Source of the DNA: Sphyrna mokarran
Taxonomy: Eukaryota
DNA: 64,000 nucleotides
Direction of reading: 5' to 3'
NCBI GenBank assembly: GCA_024679065.1
Contig: JAGIQG010000009.1
Span: forward strand, 70,246,001 to 70,310,000
In this document: positions 42,501 through 54,500 of the stretch, one piece after another
Layout: each line of letters begins with the position of its first letter
Numbering within the stretch: the stretch's first letter is position 1
Program-made: the position numbers and the translations under genes
The notes under the pieces: generated by a model
The model's database searches: none
What the model was told of the DNA's origin: nothing
The model's input: only the letters and a program-made list of their open reading frames with translations

Positions 42501-45500
42501 GCAGAAGCAAATAGTGTGTCATCTAGTTATTCCAAGACTTAACAATTCTCAAACTTCAAATAGTGATTCATTTTTACATAATTCTTCGCTTTATATGAAG
42601 CTATTAACCAGTTCTCCTTTCCATTTCCAATGAGGACGCCAGTATTGCTGTTTGATTGGTTGCATTTTAAAAGCTATAATTATTGGCACTGTGCTAATGT
42701 TTATAAATGTAATCATATATTGAAAACATGTATTGTATCATTTTAGATCTAAATTGTTCCACATTTAAGATGATCCAAAGCTAGTATGAATAGAATCTTC
42801 CTCATAGTCTAGAGGGTAAAGGCACAATACTGACTCAATTGATGCTGAGTACACTGATGTTCACAAGGGTAGCAACTGGGGCTCACATTTAGTCACCTAT
42901 TTTAGGATAAAGAAGGAAGAACTAAAATCCAAACAGAAATAGGTAATTAGAGTCAGCTCAAGTCTGTTAGGCTGAATGTATTAGTTCTGGGGGTGGTTGT
43001 ATAACCCTGTGAAAAATCATGCAAGTCAATGCACTGGATTGGAAGAATGAGATGGAATTTCAGTGAAATGCAAGATTGAGGATTTGGCAGGAAATCTATA
43101 CACAGAAGAGGTGTGGACACTTGGTTTAAGATCAATAGATTTTGAACTCAGGAAATCAAGGGAGATGAGAATCAAGCCAAAAAGTGGAGTTGAAGACAGT
43201 CACTTGTTAACTTATTGAATGGTGGGAGCTGTAGGGTCTACTCTAGTTGTTACTTGTGTTCTTTTGAATCTCCTTCCGCGCTATAAAATAACACAACTAG
43301 TTGGAACTTCTGATAGCTGACCATTAGCTCCTGCTGGGAAGCTGCATATCTGATCATTATTTAAGGTTTCAAATGATCTCAGCCTTTTGATAGAATAAGG
43401 TACCAATGATCATCCTATAGGTCACCATATGAAGACAAGTTCCAGCCATGAATTTCTGGTAACAAAGGAGAAAAAGAAAACAAAATGATGGAGAATAACA
43501 TAATGTTTTGTCTGCACTTACAATTAAGTGAACTGTTTATAATTTGGGGTTAGTAGAGGCAAATGTTGTATTTGACCAATGCTGTTTACATTTGTTATTG
43601 TTTTGTACATAATTACTTATCACTTGAGTGTTTACCATTAGCAAGAGTGGGTAATCTATTTATAAGCCCTGATGTGTGAGAGAATTCCCAACCTTCAGGT
43701 GATTGATATTGATCAACTCAACATGGGAGATCCAGCTCTAGCTTTCTATTCCATGGTATAATCTGTAATTAAATAGACTCATATGTTTGGGTTGCAAAAT
43801 GATTTAGTTGCATACTAAAGGGAATGGTTTTAAGTATGGATAGTATGTTTAGGAAATATGACATGCATATAAAATGGATTAAACAATTTTGCTCCTCTTT
43901 TATAGGATGTGAAGCAGGGAACTGTGCCCTACCTGGGGACTTTCTTAACTGATCTAATTCTGTTAGACGCTGCTCTTCCAGATTATGTTGATGCAAGTCT
44001 CTTTACAACATATTAAGATTTCTTCTTTGCTGTGGTTACATTTGTTGTGCAAGTTGTTTGGAGATGGGAACCAAAGTGATAGTAAAAGAATTAATGAGAT
44101 TAATGAATGAAGCACATTAAAGAGAATACATGCACAGCTTTGATTTGATATTTTGCACTATGAATCAGTCACTTGCACACAGTGATTTGCATACAGCTTA
44201 TTCTCAAAGCAGCCAGTTGAGCGTAGCCCTATTTATTGTGTAGCCTGAAAATGTTATATAAATTGCACACTTTTTATTTGCGCAGGTAAGATACTATTAA
44301 TTGTACATTTTTTTCCATTGCATTCTAAATTTTAAGTTTATTAATGTCACAAGTAGGCTTACGGCAATAAAGTTACTGTGAAAATCACCCAATCGCCACA
44401 TTCTAGTGCCTGTCTGGTTACACTGAGGGAGAATTTAACATGATCCAAGCAGCTAGCCAGCATGTCTTTCAGATTCTGGCAGAAAGCCAGAGCAACTGGA
44501 GGAGACCCATGCAGAGAGGGGAGAACATGCAGACTCCCCGCCACAATGACCCAAGCCAGGAATTAAACCTAGATCCCTGGTGCTATGAGGCAACAGTGCT
44601 TGCCACTATCTCCCCGAGCTTGCCTACTTATATAATAAACTTGGTGTTTACAAATTTGACTGTAGCAGAGGATTCTGTATAATTTTGCAAAATAATGCCC
44701 AGTCAATGCAATGCATTTATTTCTGTTGTACACATGATTGAGTTTTGGCTACATTTTAATTTGGAACCAGGTTTACAGGACTTGGATTTCATTCCTAGGA
44801 ATCCTTTCAAGTTCACAATCTTGTAGTGTGATCTGATCTTTCTACAAGTCAAATTAATTTTTGCTGTTCTTGTTTGTCTCATATAGAATGGTTTGATGAA
44901 CTTTGAGAAGAGACGGAAGGTTAGTATAAATTATTGTACCTTTTCAAAAACTTTGACAGTTGTATTTGGGGGGGAATGGGGAGTATGCTTCTGTTATTGG
45001 GTTTGGAAGTGGAAATCCAAAACTCAAGGTCTGAAACATAAAATTCACTAAAAATTGAATGAAGGAGGAACTTGGCATGGTTGTCTTTTCAGGAAAGCTA
45101 AATGCATGGAAAAGGAATAAGAGAATGTTTGGAGTCTGATGAAGACAGGAGAAGTATAAATGCCAGCGCACAAACAGTTGGGCCAGATAACCTATGTCTA
45201 TGCTATTAATTTGAGTAAGAAGCCTTACAACACCAGGTTAAAGTCCAACCAGTTTATTTGATAGTAAACCCACAAGCTTGCAGGGTTTGCCCCTTTGTCA
45301 GGTGAGCAGAGAGTTCTGGTCTCAAACAGAGTGTATAAAGACACACACAGTTTACAGATTATTGATTAGAATGTGAGTCTTTATAGCTAACCTACTATTC
45401 AAGTTTTAAAGATGCAGACAATGTGAGTGGAGATAGCGTAAGGCATAGGTTAAACAGATGTGTATTGTCTCCATTAAGTGAGATATTGCAAGTTCATGCA

Positions 45501-48500
45501 ATTCATGAGGGTTACAGATAGTGTGACATGAACCCAGGATCCCGACTGAGGCTGTCCTCATACGTGCGGAACTTTGCTATCAGTCTCTGCTGAGCGATTC
45601 TGTCGTGTGTCGTAAAAGCCGCCTTGGAGAAGGCTTACCCGAAGATTAGAGGCCAAATGCCTGTGACCGCTGAAGTGTTTTGCCAACAGGAAGGGAACAG
45701 TCTTGCCTGGTGATTGTCGAGCGGTGTTATTCATCCATTGTTGAAGCATCTGCATGGTCTCCCCAGTGTACCATATTTCGGGACACCCTTTCCTGCAGTA
45801 TATTAGGTAGACAACATTGGCTGAGTTGCAAGAATATATGCTGTATACCTAGTGGATGGTGTTCTCACATGGTATGATGTCACCCATGTCGGTGGTCTGG
45901 CATGTCTTGCAGAGGTTGCTGTGGCAGGGTTGTGTGGTGTTGTGGTCACTGTTCTCCTGAAGGCTGGGTAGTTTGCTGCGAACAATGGTCTGTTTGAGAT
46001 TATGCGGTTGTTTGAAGGCAAGAAGTGGGAATGTGGGCATGGTCCTGATGAGATGTTCGTCTTCATCAATGATATGTTGAAGACTCCGGAGAAGATGTCG
46101 TAGCTTCTCTGCTCCGGAGACAGTACACATCTCTTTAAGCTATGCCTTACGCTATCTTCATTTACATTGTCTGCATTTTTAAAAGTTGAACAGCAGGTTA
46201 GCTGTAAGGACTCGCATTCTAATCAATAATCTGTAAACTGTGTGTGCCTTTATACGCTCTGTTTGAGACTAGAACTCTCTACTCACCTGACAAAGGGGCA
46301 AACTCCGAAAGCTTGTGGGTTTACTATCAAATAAACTGGTTGGACATTAACCTGATGTTGTGAGACTTCTTAAAATGTTTACCCCAGTCCAAAGCTGGCA
46401 TCTCCACATCATGACTGTTAATTTGATGCAGTTTGCCTACCAGCATCACGGCTAAGTAAAGCATGCACTAGTGGTGTTACATGAATCATATTATAATTCA
46501 GTGTTTTGTCAAGACTGAAGGTATTGCCTTAATCCTGAGACTGGTTGAATAATTCCTCAATATTCAGATAGCAGTTTCTTTCAGAAGCGAAACATTTGCA
46601 GCAAGTCATGGCATGTCAGTAAATTGAAGCAGGATTGCAGCTCCTGGTTTTAGCATCAGTGAAAGGTTTTTAACGTCCCATTTCTGACTTTGCTCCTATC
46701 AACTTTACAAACACGCTTTATTGCTGTGATTACAGTTGAGCATGTTTTGTGCTATTTTCAATTTATGCCACGGAGAACCTGCAAATGCTAACACAATAAA
46801 AACCTAACCATGTGGAAGGCAGTGACACTGCATTCCTAAAACTGCAACTTGAGCTCTAAATTTTTAGCCTAATCCATAAATGAGATGGGATCCTATCTGA
46901 TCCACTTTGCACCCTGTCTGGTTTAACTAGTTCATGAAATCAGGAGGGATACAAAATAGGCATCTATCCCAAATCTATACATCCTCCATCTAGGTGGATA
47001 CGACTATAGTTTTATCAACTGACCAATTTTACATTTTACAATCCAACAGTGCTATATTTTTGTCAAATTTTCACCTGGATAAAGTCTTCCTCTGGTACCT
47101 GTCAAACTGTCACTGAATGCAAGATAGAACAGAACAGCCAGAGCCAATGAGGAGAAAACTCTGCAGCGTTTAGGTTTCAGAATGTTTTAGCTACACATTG
47201 TCCAAAGTTCATTGTTGAATAATCTATGTGGAAATTCATTGCTGATGCACAGCAAGGGCCATTGATTCCCAATGAAAGGTTTTGAGACATGAGCCACTAT
47301 GCAACAAATCTAGCAAACAAAATGTTTTAAAATAGTTTTGGCACTATTCAAAAATCAATGACTCAGGTAAAGCAGTAGCAATTACAGCAGCTTTGAATCT
47401 CAACTTCCAACTTTTTTTTCCATGTTCATTTTAGGAATTTGAGATAATAGCACAAATTAAACTGTTACAGTATGCTTGCAATAACTACAGCATCAATCCA
47501 GTCCAGAAGTTTCTAAAATGGTTTCACGGTCAACAATATTTGACTGACAAAGAAAGGTAAGAGGGTGTTGCAAGCATTGCTGGTCAAACCATCAAGGGTT
47601 TCACCATTAATGAGCTTGACAGTTCCCTGGTTATAAATATTTTTGTGATGGGAATCATACAGCACAGGAAAAAGTTTATTCAGCCTATCTTGTCTGTGCC
47701 TACTCAAAGATTTTTTTTAAAAAAAGCCACCTGTTCTGATCCCACATTTTAGCAACTGGTCCGTAGCCTAAATAATTTAAGAAGGTACCTGGATTATAAC
47801 CTGAAAGTATCTGCCTCTACCAGCAAGAATTCAGACAGTCACTATGCTCTGGGTAGAGAAGTCCATCTACCAAACACCTTAAATCTGTGCGGCCTGGTAA
47901 TAGACGTCTCCTATAGGGGAAGTTGGGCTTTCCTCATAGCCTCAATTTTCAAGAACTGACAACATTCTTGTAAATCTCCTCTACTCCAGAGGAATTATGT
48001 TGTTCCTGTAACATGGCAGTCAGGATGGTATGTATTTCTAGTTGTTGCCTAACTAGTGTTTTATATGGGTTCCAGCATTACATCCTTGCTTTTGCAGTCT
48101 ATATCTTGTCCAATAACGGAAACATTCCATATGCCTTTTGTATCATAACCATCTGTATTGCCATCTTCAGCGACCCGTGGAATGGACTCCAAAACGTTGC
48201 ATTTCATCTACCCCTCCCGTTTATTTCCTATTCCCTTGCATCAATTTGCACTTCAGGTTGAAATCCATTTGCCAGTTTTTCCACTCGCTTAACCAAATCA
48301 TTTTGGGTAGATTTACAAACACCGCCATCATATACATGTCATTATATCAGTATGTAGTAACATGCACCAAACTAATAAGCCAATAGTTATAGAAAAAAAA
48401 TGGGACTGTGATTGAGAAACCATGTTTTGAGTTTCTACTTTGAACACTTTTGCTGATCCAGATATAAATTGTGCTACTTTTTGAAGTTTCTGCTCAAACA

Positions 48501-51500
48501 TGTTTGTGCACTATTGACCTTTATCACATGCAATTGGTCAACATTTTAGAAAGTGATTTTTTTAAATTTATACAAAGTGTTTGCCTCAAATTATTCCTTG
48601 ATGTACTGCTGTTTTATTAATTATCTCAAAAACCCTAAAGTTTAATCAATATCTCACCCTCCACCTGGACTTGAAATGGACTTATTGAATGCTTTATATA
48701 GTTGCATTGAATTGCAACAGTTGGCTTCTTAGTAAATGAACAAAAAATGAGCTTAAATATTTTTGCACCTTTTACACCACCTTAGGCTACAGACACACCT
48801 GCTGAATCATTACCTGGAATGTTTCATTTGAGCTGGGAGTATGGCCATTTTGTGGAGGGGAAAAACTTTTTTTATTTTCCTTTTTGGAATGGCTTGGTTG
48901 ATTTTGGGAAGATTGCACTAGAAACGTTGGCAGCACAAAGTCTTGTCCTTTTAATGTTTTGTCTGCTCCCATCATTGCCAATCAACAGAATCTGCTCCTC
49001 ATTTTGGTATCTGTTCTCCTAGCACATGAGTGTTGGTCACTCAGTGAATGATGGACCAACTTCTTTCATTAACTATGAGTAGCCTCCCAATGTCAGCTGC
49101 GTGCACTCATGGGTCAGTTAACTCAGTTGGCGAGATGGCTGGTTAGTGATGCAGAACAATGGCAACAGATCAGGTCCGATTCCAATTTTTGCTGAGGTCA
49201 GTAATGAAGTTCCTGCATTCTCAACCTTGCCTCTTGCCTCAGGTGTGGTAACCCTCTGGTTAAATCACCACCAGTCAATACTCTCCATTCAAGGGGAGAG
49301 TAGTCTTTGTTCATCTGGGACTATGTTGACTTTACCTTCATGTGAAAATACAGATGAGGCCAGGAACTACTGGTGATTTTGCAGCCTAATGCTAAGAATT
49401 GCACTTACTATTGATATTGCTTTATTTTCCTGTACCTAATGTTCAGGTTGGACGATCTTGTTTCCTTCAGTGTGTCGCACAAAAAGGCTATGACAGTCAT
49501 GGTAGCTCTCTTCTAAGAATGTCTGACACATGAAATTAAATTAATTTCCATTTGCATTTCATGCAGTACAAAAGATTGCAGTTCCAGTAGCGAGAACCAG
49601 CACTTAATCATTAATCAAAGTGTAATGTTCTCTTCCTGAAAATAATTGCCTTTTGTAAGCAAATTAATCATTCATGCAAATTTTTTGTTTGTACAAATGA
49701 GTTTTTCAAAATGCTAGGAATATTAAGCAAAGACATCTTTTTTTTAAATGAACCTTGTGCGAAATATGTTTATCTGCCATCCTGCAGCAATTGTGTGTCC
49801 TGTGAGCCAAAGGCAATTCCTGATGTTAGTCCCACATCACCAAAACCCAGAAAGCAAATAGCAAAAGTGTATCATAAACAGAGCAGGTATTTCATCTGGT
49901 TGCTTTCTTTGTAATAAGTGCCAAGACAGACATGGTGGGCATCAGCTCCACCATGAAAGTATATTTTAATTTGTGGCCGATATTATTTTACTGGAGTGTG
50001 AAGATTCAGTGGTTGATAAAATTTAGCTTGAGACAATATGATAACGGTTGGTGTTGTTCCCGCCTCGAGCCTATATCTGTTGTCGACTAATTGATAGAGG
50101 CTGATTGCTAATGACTAATCAATGACTCCATTATTATTGTATCATTTGATTGGACCAGATAGTCTTGTCCAGCAATTCCTACGTATCAAATGATAGTCAG
50201 TGTATAAATGGCTAGACCTTTTCAAATTTGCACTTAGGGGAGGAATCTCAAAAATGGATTAAAATGAAAGGCATTGTTGTGTGCTTACATAATAAAAACT
50301 GAATGGAGTTGATTACTTGAATGCAAATCCAATCTACATTCCATTTTCTCTCAAGTTTAAAATTAACATGCAAGTGTGTGTGCATCAAGACTACAAAGAC
50401 ATTTTGTTCTCAGATTGTCCCTGTCACAGTAAAGCAGCATCTTTTATTTATCTCCACATGGGCAAGGACTAAAAATATGGAGGTTGAGGGAGAATCACTC
50501 CTTACTACTGTATTGTACCTTGCAGTAATCTGTATTGCAAATTGTGATTGTTTTGGTCATAGGCAATACTGAAGTTGAGGCAGAGAAACATACATTCATT
50601 TCCTGGTATATCATCTTTCTACATAATCATCTTGGTTCTATATCATCTTTCTATATAATTGGGTTGGTTTTAGTTGCATGTTATAAGTTCATAACATATA
50701 GGAGCAGAATTAGACTCTTTGGCCCATTGAATCTGCTCTGCCATTCAATCACCCTTCAACCATTGCCAATGAAAAATCTGTCTAACTCCTCAAATTTACT
50801 CACTGTCCCAGCATTCACCACACTTTGGGATAGCGAATTCCACAGATTCACAACCCTTTGTAAGAAGTAGTTTCCCCTCAACTATTTGAAATTTGCTACC
50901 TCTTACCCTAAGACTATGATCTCTCATCCTAAAATGCCACAAGAGAAAGCATCTTTTCCACATCTACTTTATCCAAACCTTTTATCATCTTGTATACCTC
51001 TTGACCTCCCCTCATTCTTCTAAATTCCAGACAGTATAGGCCTAAACTGTTTAATCTCTCTTCATTCAACAAGCTCTTTATCTCTAGAATCGATCTGGTG
51101 AACCATCTCTGAACTGCCTCCAATGTCACTACATCTTTCCTCCAACAAGACCAAAACAGTGCACAATACTCCAGGTGCGGTTTCACCAATGCCTTGCATA
51201 GTTGCAACAACACTTCTGTATCTTTATTCTATTCCTTTAACTATAAATGCCAACATTCCATTTGCTTTCTTTATTATCTGCTGTACCTGCATGCTAATTT
51301 TCTGTGATTCATGAATAGGATATCCCAGATTGCTCTGCACCAGAGCACCCTGAAATCTTTCCCCATGTAGGTAATAAGTCACCTTCCCATTTTTCTGACC
51401 AAAATGCATGACCTCGCACTTGTACACATTCAATTCCATGTGCCACATTTTAGTCCACTTTCCTAACCTATCTGTAGCCATTTAAGGTTCTTTCTTCCTC

Positions 51501-54500
51501 ATTTCAACTTACTGTCACACCTATTTTTGTATCATCTGCAAATTTGGTTGTAGAGTCTTTGATGCCTGTATTGTGTCGGTTATTGTAGCTTAGTTGTTGT
51601 CACGCTCCAAGAACCGTAATGAATACTCTATTTGATGTCACAGGTTGTAAACTGTCTGTTCTTGCTTCCCCTATAACATTTAACGCCTATTGTTAACTTC
51701 AGAGACCTGGGCATAATCAGTTATTCCCACTGTTGCAGATCCTTGAAGGAAATTATTGGCTAATGCTGTGAGTGCCTGTTCAGAAGTTCCGAACAATTTT
51801 GGCTGTTGCTTTCTTTAACTAATGACATACTGAACATGGTCCACTGCATTTGCCAACAGTTTTGTGCAACAGCATTAACTGTGAGTTTGATGTTTTGTGT
51901 TTTGCCTATCTGGTCCTATCATGCCAGAACATTGCCATAACTGTTGTTGTTGAGCTTTTCACAATATTGCATTTGGAACCTTTTGGGAATGGGTCTCATT
52001 TTTGTTCTGCTTCATCTGGCTCTAGTTAGAACATGCTATTTATAGGGACAATTTTATTTCTCAGATTGTCTAATGGCAGATGACATTGATTCCTATTAAA
52101 ATTAATTGCATTTACGTGGCCTATTTGTTAACCTTGACTCATCCCAGTCAGAGAACTAAATTCAAGTTTCACTCAAAAGATTTAAGCTTATAATCTAGAC
52201 TGATTTTTCGAAGTGCAATGCTCGACAAGGTGCTGCTCTGTGGGAAGTGCAGTTTCAGATGAGACTTTTACACAGAAAGTCCCCATCTACTCTCTCAAAT
52301 GTGAATGATCTAATGGTACTCTTCAAAGAGCAGCTGAGAATTTTTTTATAAACATATATCCTTCCTCCAACATAAATAATATTAATTGATGTTCTTCAGA
52401 TCCTGTACACTGCCATGTTTTCTACAGCTTCTCAGTTACTATACAGTCTAATTGCTTATTTGACGAGTTTGCAGATGAGAGAGAGCTTCTTAAAGCTTGA
52501 CTACATCCCACGGTTTATCTCCTGTGCTTCAACTGTGACTCCCATCATGCCGATCCACTGCTAATTCAGGTTGAACTCAGGTCCACAATACCACAAAAAG
52601 TTTCACCTTCTTGGCATTAAACTATAGGATCAGCTACAATTAAGCAATTAACTACTTGAGTCTGAGTTCTGCTGTTTGGTAAGGTCATTGCTGATTTGTG
52701 ATCAAACTCTTAGCTCCCCCACCCTCCTCACCTTTGGCATGATCCAGCATCAACTCTCATTTTGAGATGAATGGGATCAAAGCTTATGGGGAGAAAAAAC
52801 GATTAGATTGATCAGCCATGATTGTGATGAATGGCAGAGCAAGCAGGAAGAGCCAAATGGCCACTTTCTGCTCCTATCTTCTATGTTTCTGTTTGAATGA
52901 AATTTCCAAATTTTGTCATCCTTTCTATATGGAAGTGTTTCCAAATTTTAGTTTTGACTGATCTGACTCTAATTTTTAGGCAGCCTGAACTTTTTCAGCC
53001 AACAAAAATACTACTTTGTCTATCTAACAGTTCCCCTTAAACTTTGATCAAATCATTTGATTGTCTGATGTAGACCTGGTTTTTATAATTGCAAATATGA
53101 GGACACCAAGCATCATATTAAGGCTCATTTTGATTGGTCACTTATGGTACAGAAGGAGGTCATTTGGCTTGAGTCTGTTCCAAGTTTTATGTTTACACAT
53201 GTTGTGTATCACTACAACCATCACCAACATTACATATAAAGTGTGCCTCCTCCACCAATGAAGTCATCATTTATGCTTTTGTCACTTTTTCAGATGCCTT
53301 AACCCCTTGTACTATGTTATCCCTGAACTTTATCTCATTCAAAATCTGTTTTTTTGTTTTCTAATTTCTTTTGAATCATTCTCACCAACCTCCATTGATT
53401 CCCTATCCTACTTCCTGGAATCCTTCTGGTTCTTTGCCCATACCTCGCTCTGTAATTTTCTCTGGCCTGGGGGGACCTCTACAGAGATTCTGCTGATTTG
53501 ATTCTGATCATCTTTGAATTCCAACCTCGCCTCCACATAACAACTGGCAAAAGACTCCTTGGCATGTTAGATCCTTCATCCTAAATTGTTCTGTGTGTGC
53601 CCATCATGAGCCTCCAGAAATCTTATCTGTCGATTACTATGAAATGCTTTGAAACATTTAATCACCATAAAGATGGGATGTAAATGTAAGTTCCTGTGTA
53701 TATCCTTGTAAAAGACCGCTGTGTAGTTTCTATCAAGTAAGTGTAGTTTTGCCGTTAATTTTTCTGAAAGATGAATTTTATTAAGTATACATCGGGAAAT
53801 TTTGTGCACTATATATTTAATACCAGATTTTCACCTAAGAGATTAATGGCAGGGTTTCCACTGAAAAGTCTAGGCTGCGGTATCATCTGAATACATAAAA
53901 CAACAAACCTCACAGATTTTTCTGGCAAAAGAGGAAAGATCTCCGCAGGAAGCAATTACTGTCCAGGGTCTTGACAGAGCAATTTTCCTACCTCCATCTC
54001 AGTGAGGAATTAATTATGCATCAGATCCACACTGCAAACTCTTTTCTCCCTACCACCATCCCCCCTCCACCCACCTGAAACAAGACATTCTGCAAAAAAA
54101 ACCCCAGCTTTTTGGAGTCTGAGGACATTTAGCAGTAATTATTGAGATTGTAATTTAAAAAAAAGTCATTCAACAAATAAGCTTTTCAGGAGTTTTTGCA
54201 GAGACTAATGATATGAAGTTCACTAATTTGCATATAGATAATACTGCAATCTTGCAGAATTTACGGAGAGCATAGAGTGACAGGTAATTCCTGGATATTC
54301 TACACTGAGAATTGTTGGCTTCAGTGACTGGATTCTGTTTTGCTCTCCATACAAAATCTATTGTTTAAATATGACAAAACAAGCCCTTTGCTGTACATTG
54401 CATATAAAACAACCTTATTTTCTGGCTTCAAAAGTCATAGTTTTTCCATAACGCTTGTACTTTCAGTCCTGTGGTGCTATGCTTGTATTAGTAGCCTCAA

